Source: Phallusia mammillata (lineage: Eukaryota). Taken from it: a stretch of DNA of 64,000 nt. The stretch spans positions 6,200,001 to 6,264,000 of the forward strand of contig OZ281494.1 in the NCBI GenBank assembly GCA_965637545.1. The letters run 5' to 3'. Under the pieces are notes generated by a model, which was not told the DNA's origin, ran no database searches, and was given only the letters and a program-made list of their open reading frames with translations. This document shows, piece by piece, positions 46,282 to 57,500 of this stretch (its first letter is position 1; each line of letters starts with the position of its first letter). The translations under genes were made by a program, and so were the position numbers.

Positions 46282-46959
46282 AACCATGAAACAAAAAGGT
46301 AACTGTCAAATAAATCAGTACATTACAACGCAGTTTTACTTGTTATCCATGGTTTCGCACGAATTGTTAACTAGCAATTTTATAGAGACCAGTAAACAAA
46401 TGTCTTTTTAACCTGACCATAGGAATCAGAATATTTTTCTTGTTTTAAACGGTTTTGTATTTTTAGGTGCAACCCTAACGAAGACTTGAAGAAAAGTTTT
46501 TATCAAAATTGCTATTATATCGCTCTAATAAACAGAACTTGAGAGTGATTTGTTTGTGTTTTGCTATGTACTCTATAGGTGTTTCGCCCAAACATAAGAA
46601 AATTATGTTTGTCGAATAGTGTACAAATTCCAGTTACTACGAACTTCGCTGCAATATTTATGCTTCAAACGTTATTTCGACGAACATTTGTAGAACAACG
46701 TCATAATAGTATATAGGTGCAGGGACTAATGTGACCATTTGGTGGCGCTGCTTGGGTTTACTTACCCATAACAAAACCCAGTAAGTTCAAACTTAGGTTT
46801 TGTGCATTAATTGTTTATACAATCTAGTTCCGCTCAATACCGCTTGTGTTGCATAAAAAAAATAATTGGAAATAACTAAGATGAACACACAATCATGCCG
46901 GAATCAGCTCTGAAGCGGCGATCCAGACCAGCGAACACGACACACTCATATGTAAATTA

Positions 46960-47177
46960 CTGTACGCCAGGCTTATTAAAGGTCTCATACCGAATCAACC
47001 GGTCACCAAGCATTCACCACATGGCAAGGCATAGGCTAAGAAAATCTCGGAACCCGAAAAGACTCCTGCCGTGGGTTCGAATCCCACCGCAGGCTAGATT
47101 TGATTTTTCTAGTTTGTAGGAATGCTTGGGAGACCGGATTGATTCAGTATGACGCCTTCAATACGTCTGGCGTACTG
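46960..47177. mobile_element. Tc1/mariner-type MITE (TA flanks, ~55-60-bp TIRs) carrying a tRNA T-arm-like hairpin; second copy about 44850-45051
   Basis: TA-C(T/A)GTACGCCAG ... CTGGCGTACTG-TA; the spacer contains CCTGC-C-GTGGG-TTCGAAT-CCCAC-C-GCAGG. Confidence 0.7.
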
Positions 47178-47474
47178 TAATTTGAAATAAATATCTTCTG
47201 TGCAGTCCCTAAATAAAAAAAAACATGACTGCAGCGTAATGTAATGTGTTCGAAAAATCTACCACCACCATAACTCACGCCAGCCGCAGTTACACATAAA
47301 TTTTGATAGGTGTCGCAAAGAACCTATTGAAAACGACTAAGAAACTCTTTGTACCCACAGAACACAATTTTTTATGCCATCAACTTTTATTTATTAATGC
47401 GCCGTAAAAAGTACTGACAACAAATTCAGATGGCTGTTCGCTTCCATGATTCTTATCTGAATAAAAAATAGAAG

Positions 47475-47945
47475 GGGTTTTGGGTGTGTTTTTGCCGGAA
47501 TATTCCAGTTTCAAACTGGTTCTGGCCGATTTCTGCTTCCTACCGAACCTCCAAACCGTTTTAAACCAGATTCGAAAATCGACAATTTTGACCCGAGTTT
47601 TGAAAAAAACTTAAGGCTATAGGTTTCCGGTTTGTCGATTTTAGGGGGTCAAAAAATCCCACAAAAATCCGGTTTTGGGTGGTTTTTCGCAGAAATATTT
47701 CAGTTCCCATTAGTTCTGCCCGGTTTTTGCCACCTACTGAACCTCCAAACCGGTTTAAACCGGAATCAAATATTTTGACCCAATTTTTGGAAACAAAACT
47801 AAATATAGCCTTTCCGTTATCTCAAGTTTGGGGGTTGAAAAATCGAAGACAATTCCGGTTTTCGGTGGTTTTTTCGCCGAAATATTCCAGTTTCAAACTG
47901 GTTTAGACCGGTTTCTGCCTCCTACCGTACCTCCAAACCGGTTTC
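47475..47945 (+). repeat. Second array of the ~190-bp unit
   Basis: Same unit as 43780-44490, starting near 47499, 47696 and 47883. Confidence 0.85.
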
Positions 47946-48544
47946 TGGCTTCTGCTTAATCTTTAATAAATACATATCTGCTGCATTTTCGTTTTTTTAT
48001 TTTAACAAAAAAACAGTGACACAGTGCGATACGAAGTCTGCTCAACTATAATAAAATCTATTGTTAGATATATGTCTCTCGCTGTATTTACATTTGGCAC
48101 AGGAAAAAATGCTACAGTAATAAAAATAATTCCATAATAGATTCGTGGATGTCAAGCATTTGGTAAGGCCTTCTAAAGTCATATAAACTTGTGTTTAATG
48201 ATGAAAATAAAAGCCCAAATAGACGGAAAAAGCGACATGCTTTATAAATTGTTTAAACGTTTCGGCAAATGCAAATGCACATGCCATGATTGGTGATATG
48301 AACTTTAAAAGATCTATAACTTACTGTTCCGAAACTTGGGTTAATCACTAAACTATGCAAATTACTTCACTTTTGGGGAATAACCTGTCTTGATGGACAA
48401 CAACATTACATCACAATGGGCATTATCATTTTAAAACACCGAAAAATGTTACGATTGTTTAAAATGCAAACTATCTTGCTATATTTTTCAAGTAAACTTC
48501 GACTCATTGTTACAAACTGCATCAAGTTTTTTGTTGCCACATAT

Positions 48545-51500
48545 TTACACCAAACTGGAATGCTTTTTTCGAACACCCCCAATTTGCTTCGGGGTCAGCA
48601 CCCCCACTTTGAGAGTGGGTTGAGACTGGGGCCTTGGGGGTGGTGAATTTTCACCCGACTTGGACGAATTTGGTAAGCTGAGTTCAGTGAAAGGCGACTT
48701 GACCAACTTTGACGGGAATAGTGGATCTCTTTTCCCGCCGATCTCTTCAAATTCTTCTGAGTACGATGATCCGGTATCTTCGCTTGACTCATCACTAGCT
48801 GCGGTAATATACACTGGAACTGATCGGGATCTGTTGACAAAATTACATTTGTTTTGTTTATCATGTTTTCAGGGATGTAAATAATTAGATTGTCATATTG
48901 CTTTTAAAGTGAGTAATTACGAAACTGACATTGTTGTGCTTTTAAAGGCGGGACAGTGTTCTACAAGTGAATCATTAATAGCAGTAGCTAAATCAAGTCA
49001 AAGTTAAAATATTATTAACTTGCGTTGAGTAAAATATTCAATTCAATTTAACAAATTTTCAAACTACTGGTGTCGCAATAACTGTTAAATATGCTAAACG
49101 TTTTTGTATGGTCAAGCAACCAAATCCCTCTCTAATCATATCTTCTACTGGAAATTCTGTGAGAACTAAACTAGGCCTTTAATTTTGTCCTAGTGCTAAG
49201 GGTGCTACCACTTACACAGAAAGGGAATTCACACACTTTACCGCGATATGTATTACTCATTGTCAGCATCCTGGCCTTTAAATTCGTACTGAGTTACTTA
49301 GTTTACCTCCCAGATGTTGGAGAAGGAAGCGAGGGACTTGAAGTCGGACTTGGCAACTTTTCTGCTTTAGTTGGACGTGGTTCACCGCTAGGGCGTGGTG
49401 TGCCAGACGATCTAGAACATAAAAATAAATAGTTTGGTTTGGGCAGGAACTTGGCCGAATGGCCTGGCGCGCCTGACCCATATACAGACATAAAAAACCT
49501 GATCGGGATTCGTCCCCGGGAGGTTCCTGGGTTCGAACCCCGTGAAGAAAAAAAAAAAAAAAAAAAAATAGTTTGGTTTTCGGGATAAAATTGGTGTGTT
49601 TAGGGCGAGTCTCTAGAACAGGGCTACTCAAACTTTCTTGCTCTGCGACCCCATTTTAAAACAGAAATTTCTACGCGACCCCTTGATGGGTATGATGTAA
49701 AGAAATACTTATATTTTATATATATACCATCTAATGGCGCCTAAAAAGCCTAAATTAATTTCTAACTTGACAAAGATTGACAGTCTTAGTTTTTATGACG
49801 TCATACTCTATATTGTGACGCTTGTGGTATCTGCTTTTTCGCATTGTTTGCACATAATAGGCATAAAAAAGTCTGGCGCATATGGGTAATAGGCTGGTAA
49901 TACTCTTTTAAGTCCTACAAAATGTGTTTAGAGCAGTTTGCATACACGGGAAATATGTTTAATCAATAAATTTACGCACGTATACCATTTATTGTGACTG
50001 ACATAATCACCCATAATGTTTCGCGACCCCAAAATTATATTACGCGACCCCAATTGGGGTCGCGACCCACAGTTTGAGAAGCCCTGCTCCAGAACACCAA
50101 ATATTTTCAGCAAAACTGAAACTATACTGCTTCATTGATACCGTATACTTCAAACTAAAATCTCCCAGTTCGTTGCTTGGTGAATGAAGACTGTAATGAA
50201 CTTTATGTCTATTGATTCCAATTTATGAAAACATTTAGTCATTTATCCTTAAGACTTTAAGATATATATATTTTGCCTTTTTAAATAAAATACTGATGAT
50301 GCTCAAAGGCGAACTATAACCTAAAATAAAAAAGTTTGACCCATGATCAAAACTTAAAACCATTAACAAACTATATTTCATTTCATGTTTAATACCTATT
50401 TCTCAAACTATATTTAATTTTCAAATATATTACCTCCTGCTTGATGGCCGATGCCTTGCGCTCATAATCTGATCCTCCGGCATATAATCTTCAGAAAGGA
50501 AGACGACATTATCTCCATCTTCCGCATCCTCGTGGCTCACATCTCTCGTCGAATCACCCCCGCGCGACGAAGGGACTTCCCCAGGGTCAACCGAGCCGAT
50601 TTCGGGGTCCGAACTTTCGTCAAAACTTACCCTCGCCCCAGGGGAACCACCGCCGGGACTTCCCCGCTTTGGGGAGTACGCACCGTCGGTGACGTCATCG
50701 ACCCCTGTGACGTAAGTGAGGGTGGGTGAAACTGGGGGCACGGATCGGGAGCTCTTGCGAGAACTCGGTGGCTGGGACGAGTTGCGTCGCACTTTGGGAA
50801 AATCACCGAAAGAGGCAGGTCTAAAAATTTGGTGAATAAAGTTGTTGTGAACGTAAAATATAACTTAGACCAGTGGTTCTCAACCTTTTTGCCTTTGCGG
50901 AACCTTTTTGATACTGTAATCTAATTGCAGACCCATTCGAGGTTTAGGTATTATTGTCGTTTTTTCATTAACAAGCAACCAAAACATGGTAGGCCTACAT
51001 AAAATAGCAACCACGTTTGGCCTAGATTCTAAAACCAAAGTTTCGATCCTATTAAAGTCACAAATCTGATTATTTGGTCGCAAAGTTAGGTATTTTCAAC
51101 CGAATAAAGACAATTATTTGACACAAAACGTCATCACAAAAATAACATAGGAGTAATTCGACATTGGTGAATGACTTAAGTGGAAAACTACTCCCAAAAG
51201 GCTAAAAACTATTGGTTCAGATTTATGTAGTTTGAAAACCAAACCAATCACTTGGCAAATATTGTTAAATTCACCTTGATGTAGGTGATAAGGACGACGA
51301 TCTCTTCTTGTCTTTCTTTCCACCGTGACTCGCATATCCGGTGTCTTGAGTTAGTGATGCAGAACGTGTGGTCCACTGGGGGTCGCCATCACTCGTACTT
51401 GCAGTGTATGGAGGTAGACTTCGTTCTAGGTCGCGACTGCAGAAACATATACATCCTGATTAATTAATTAGTGTGCTACCGATAACCACCGAATACAAGA

Positions 51501-54500
51501 CAGTATATCAAAACGGGTTGAAATTAAGAGTGGCAAGTCAAAATTTATGTGGTTAAATATTTTTTACCTTATGTTCACGGATGACTGACCAAGACTGACT
51601 CTAAACCTATTTTGTGCGAATGCGGAAACATCAGGGAATGTTTTATGATGCTACTTATGTCATTAGTGACGTAAAGTTACAGTTAATTTTTAGCCTGATA
51701 TTTCTCGGTGGTTTGTCGTGGAACAATCCACCAGTCATGATACAGTATTAAAGAGAAGTGATTCTATGCCATGGGTCTGACTTTTTGTTGGCGTAAATTG
51801 GTTCCAGAAAGTCAATGACATCAAGCATTTTTCGCTTAATTCGTCAAAACGGATGATGGTAAACGGTCAAAGAAATGTTACAACAAACAGGCTGAGAACC
51901 ATCGGTGCAGCGCAACTATAACTAAGTTTACCTACAGTCCTTTTAAGCAGTATTTACTTCAGCTAGCTTGTTACAAAAGAGAGTAGGTACTACTATGACA
52001 TCGTGAGTGTTTGTACCTTGAATTTGTGCTGCTGCCTTTTAACTTTCTCATGAAATTGGAAATCTTCTTTTTGTCCGACTTTTTGCGCAAGGATTCCATC
52101 TCTCGCGCCATCGCGTGGATGATTTGTTTTTTCTCGTTCAATTCTCGTTCAAGTTCCATAATCTTAAACAGAGAAGTTTTTAATTGAAAGACGCTTTTGG
52201 TTTATTGAAAGACGCCTTTTTTTTAAGTATTGGATTAATCTCAAACGTATTTACCTGTTGAAGTTTCTCAGCATTGCTGTGCTGCAAATGTATTTGTTCC
52301 ACTTCACCCTTTCGTCTCGTTCCTTTTGTGTGCATTTGTAGGTCCTAGAAACACGAAAACACATACTAACTACTTTTTTTGAAGGTACATTCGTTTCAAC
52401 TTTATGTCAAGCAAGTATTAAGAAACTAATACGTACTTCAACTAAACATCAAATCAAAAAAACAAAACTAATTAACAATTGCGTCTTCAAGGGTTAACTC
52501 TATTCAGAAACAATATTCGCCTAATACCGTAATGTACCAAATGTGCAGTAATGAAATATAGATAATTATCTTATACTAAAATATCCCAATTATAAAATTT
52601 AAGCTTATGTGCGCCACCACGTGCAAACAAACCTTCATCTCTTCACGCAGTTTACTTGCTTCCCTCTCAGCCGAGTTCCTCTGTTCCTGCAGAAGCGAAT
52701 TCTGATCTCTCACCAGTTCGATTTCACGTTGTAACGAAGCAATTCGCGTTTCCAACCACTTGTTTCGCTCACAAACTGTGTTGTACTGTTTTTCAAGCTC
52801 CCTGAGTGATAAAAGATAGCGTTCGTTAAAACTGGTGGGTTACAAATTTCAGGAAGTTATGCATAATAACAAATACAGCTGCATAATGACAAAACCTTTT
52901 TTTCGCATCTAATTTTACCTACTTTTAAGTTTCTTCAAATTATTTTACATGCTTATCCACGCTTAAGTTACATATCCAAAATTCATCCACTTATCCCAAT
53001 TAGAATACTTCAATGATTCAATGATTACTCAATGAACTTCTATATCCAAGTTGGAGATGTATGTGGACGTAAAATGCACCGTGGCACCGTAACCCGGCCT
53101 AAACCCAAATGAACTAGCACAAACCTGATTTTTTCTCAAATAAAGCCCTGATTTTTTTACCTAAATAAAGCCCTGATTTGTTCGTAAATAAAGCCCTAAT
53201 TAGGCCCTTAAGTAAGATTCGCCGCGTGACAAAGTGTAAATCAGGCCCGAATCAAGCCTCTCTGTAAGAAAAACTGTAGCCCAAACCCGAAACTGTTTTC
53301 TGAGTTAAGTATTCAAAAATTGAATTTATTCATCTCATCTTAACTTATTGACCAAAAGACCACCCACTTAGTTTAGATTTACTTAGTATCCAAGTTCCAT
53401 TAACTTGTGTAAGCCCAACAACTTAATAAGAGTTCAACTTACTTATCAAGGTCATCTCCCAGTGCAAGTGATGTAGGAGGAGTCTGACTCGTCTTGCTGG
53501 ATAGGAAGATGCTTAGCTGCTTCTCCAACGTCTCCTTCTCCTGACGGACTTCATCAAGTTCCTGTAGGACATCCCGACTCGAATCGTTTCTAGCAAAAAG
53601 TTGAAAAATATAGTTAGACAATAATTCTGTGGGTACGTTTAAAAGCCATTAAATAAAATGTAACTTATCACAAAAAAGTAAGCACCCTATATGTACAGAG
53701 TCTGTTAACTTACAACAACAAATATATTCATTTGTTGCAAGTTAGTTTAAACGTTGGGCCTTTCCGGCCAAATTGAATCAAACCACTTTTATTCAAACCA
53801 AATCCAGAACTCTACCTCAAAAGCCCGACCTTACGCAGATAACATTTTGAAGACATTTTAAAAATATTAAACTGAAGAAACACAGCTTACAGAGATTCCA
53901 TGATTATCGTCTTTCCTTGGAGTTCGTCTCTCTCTTGACGAACTTTCTGTTCCAACTTTTGTGTTTCTACAAATCGCCTCTTTAGCTCCATTAGATGTTT
54001 ATCTTTTGCCGCAATTTCTAGAAAGTAAAAAAACAACAACTAAATACAACATTGCCTCAGAAACACTTCCCTTAATCCGTTCACAAATGGAATAAAAAGG
54101 GACTTAAACCTACAAGCTTAAGAAGAAAATACAGTAGTTTTTGCGAGGACTTGAGTTGAAAATTCCTAAATTACGAAAAATAAACCCATCATCCTACCTT
54201 CCTTGGCACGCAAAAGGTCGCGCTTCAGTGATTTGACGTCACGTGAGGTTGGTTGGGAAGTTCCCGAGCTAGCCGCGTCACTCTCGCCGTTGGACTGTAA
54301 AAAAATATTAAATAAAAACGGTTCTGCTGTTCTGCTTTTAATTCAAGTAACTTACACTGCTTTGAGCTTCCAATTGTTGTTTTAATGCCTGAATGACGTC
54401 ATCTTGTGACGTGCGAACGCCGTCATAATCATTGAGACGTTTTCGCAAGGAGGCGATTTCAGCTTTTGCTGTTTCTAGTTTCGCGTTTGTCCGCTTGAGT

Positions 54501-57500
54501 TCAGCAGAGAGCCTTTCGACATCTCCTGCGTGGACTGGTGACTTCCTATTAGACAAAGTATCGTGTGTTTGGTCAAGTTTAACAGAATCGCAGGTTTGTC
54601 AAAACAGCCTTCTGTAAAAAGCTACATAAGTTGAAATCTTGCCTTGCAAAAAGCTTATTCGAAACCCAACTTATTATATCAATGCACTTAATTGCTAATT
54701 CTCTTTATTTGCATACATTCTATTGTAAGGAAATTTTATTTTATTGTACAATATTCCAGTTACATCCGTAAATTAGTTAACACAATCGTTGTATTGTCTA
54801 CACTGCACATAGCAACAGAAAACAGCCATTGCCTGTCCCCTTTGAATATTATTAGTCCCAATTCTTCATGCTATGGTGTTTAAAAAGGAAACCTTCAACT
54901 AAAAACGATTTAGGTAGATTTACGAAACTCTCATCCAATCGTACGAACCCTCTGGCGTCATCCAACATCTTCTCTTTCCTGAGATCATCCAGTTTTGCCT
55001 CCAGTGCATCCGCCCTATCTTCCACTCTCTTCCTTCCGTTCTCCAGGATCACCTTTTCTCCCTCCATCACCATCACCTGCTGCCGCTTCTCCTCAAGATC
55101 TTGCTTCAGACGGATGACGTCAGCTAAAATTGAAGCCATTATGACGTTGTGGATTTCAATGCTAATGCAAAAAGCATTTATAGTTGTTGAAAATGTTTGC
55201 CGAATTTTGGCTGTTACATATTTTTAAATGATTATTGACCCCAAAAATGCCATAAAAAAGCTTTGGTAAATTTATGAACTATAAAATGGTCGTGAATGCA
55301 TCAATACTCACCACAGCTGATATATACTTCCAGTGGCCTTTACACAACCAAATACGATATTTAGTGACAGTCGGTTTAAATATTAATTTTTACCCCGTAG
55401 GTTTCTTAGCTCTGTGGCGCCCTCCATCGATTTATGTGTTTGATTACTCTTTAGCGCCCTCATTTCGTCGTTCATACTAGCCATCCTTAATTCGAGCTGT
55501 TGCTTTTCACGCTCCAACTGTCGTGTCACGTGATCAAGATTCCTGTTTTTCTCTTCGATGATGTCTTGCAAAGTTTCAGCTTCCTGTGTGAATGCAGAAA
55601 ACAAAGGTAAAGTAAATGTCTTTATTTGCAGCTGCAAACTAAAGAGAAACAAACTACGAGCAGTTTAATTTTTTTTACTAAACTTTTGCTTTGTTTGAAG
55701 TGATTCAAGTCAACAAATAAAAATTGTAATCCCAGTTAATAGCAAACCTAATTCCCAATCTTCCCGGTTTATCACAAACCTAATTTCTCAAGTTAATATC
55801 TTCGTTAATCAGAATATTTTTTGCATTATTCGCAATTTACCATCCCCGTGCATTTAAACAAACAAACAATTAACTGGAATCGTATGAAGCAGTTATTAGG
55901 CCTTGTTTAACAATTTACCTAAACCTTTCTGTCTTTTTTCTATAAATACACAGATTTTCGTTTTCAACTCATACCTGTCTGACTTTGGTGAGTTGTTCGG
56001 CAAGCAATTGGTTCATTCCCTTTAACCGACCGACGTCATCTGTTAAGTCACTCTGAAAAACACGCATATAATAGTAAGAAGTAACACTAAAAGCATCACT
56101 TAACAAAACTCCAGTGTACCTGGTCACCACGTGGTCCGTTGACCTTCAACCTTCGTTCAAGGTCATTCCTCTCCGCTTCAACTTGGTTCAGTTTGGTTGT
56201 CAACAAAGAAACTTCAGCTTGTAATTTTTCTACTTGTGCTTTCAACACCGAGTCCTGTGAAGTAGACTTTGATGGCTGAAAAGCAAAAGAAGACATAAAT
56301 AAACTCAAAAAGCATTTATGTTTAGTTACGTCAGGCTAAAACCAGTTCTCAGCTTCACCACCAACCACTTCTACACTTGCGCGTACCGATTTAGCGAGAA
56401 TATCCCTCTGCATTTCCAGGACTGTAATCATCTGTTGATTTTCGGCACATTCTTGACCTAGTCTCTTGTTGTCGGCACGCAGTTGAATTAATTCTTCTTC
56501 CGAAGCTTGTAATTCGCCCATCTAAATATGCAAGACAGCTATGTAAGTGAAAAATAAGTAAAAAAAGTCTTAGAAAAGCAGCCTTTTATTATATCTGAAA
56601 CCTAGACCATTTTAGTTTCGGTTTTCGACAAGCATGAGTTTTATGGAAAAAGTAAGATTTTAAATCATCAAGCCAAGAAATGCAGCTGACTTACAAACAT
56701 TATTGCAATGGAAATTTAAGGTAAATTGCTGGTGCATAACGTTTTCTTGCACCCCAAAATGTAAAATGCTTTAATCGTAACTGTTGGCTTTTGATTACCG
56801 CTATAAGTTAGGTTCGCAGTCTATTTTTAGCAATGTTACTTTAAAACCAGATTATTAAAACAGACTACCTGCAGCTGAGTGGTCCGCCTCTCAGCCTCCG
56901 CTAGCGCCAGTTTCTCGTCAAGTTCTCGCCGGTAAATGGCGCCCTGGCGCAGATCTTCGTCTTTTTCCTCGACCAATGATGTCAGCTTGGAACACGCCTG
57001 CCTCCAGTGGTCAATTTGTGACTGACTGTGTTGTGTGCTTGTTTTCAGTTCTTCACTAATTCTGCTCAGTTGCTATGAAACAAATAAGTAAAAAAATGTG
57101 AGTATTTCTCTGTGCAAAATAAATGAAGTTTTGTCATGCTAACAAATGTTAAAAAGCAATTTTAAAACAAGACCAAACGATTCAAGCGTTTTGTTTTTTA
57201 CATATAGTTACTAGTGGGTCCAAGGCATGAACGAGGAGGCATTTCGACCAAAAAGCCTTAAATCCTTTTCCTATATTTTCCTACACACATTACTTCCGAG
57301 TAGTTTTACATATCAGTATCATACAAACAAAAGCAAGAGTTTTGGCAAATTGTTTTTGTATTCAAACACTTTTTTCTATGTTGCCTATTTCCTACATGAA
57401 TGTTATTACGCCAAATGGGCTGCTTAAATGTGGTCAATACATTGCTTCTGGAAATATATGGAGCATCAAGATTAATGTAGGCTACAGATCGGAGAGTTTT

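Noticed and set aside
44940-47100. GGTTCGAATC hairpins (here and at 49441-49545) as tRNA genes or HDV-like ribozymes
   Set aside because: No complete cloverleaf or acceptor stem; the element order does not fit the HDV double pseudoknot.
38249-47945. Short and 190-bp tandem repeats as CRISPR arrays
   Set aside because: Eukaryotic context, no unique spacers of constant length, no cas genes.
55312-55337. 26-nt AG/GT-bounded micro-exon in the coiled-coil gene
   Set aside because: It is frame-shifting and the flanking exons join in phase without it; a poison exon cannot be supported without reads.
56343-56386. Later donor at 56342 implied by ORF 56336-56521
   Set aside because: Phase 2 there leads to a stop in the next exon; the donor at 56386 keeps the frame.
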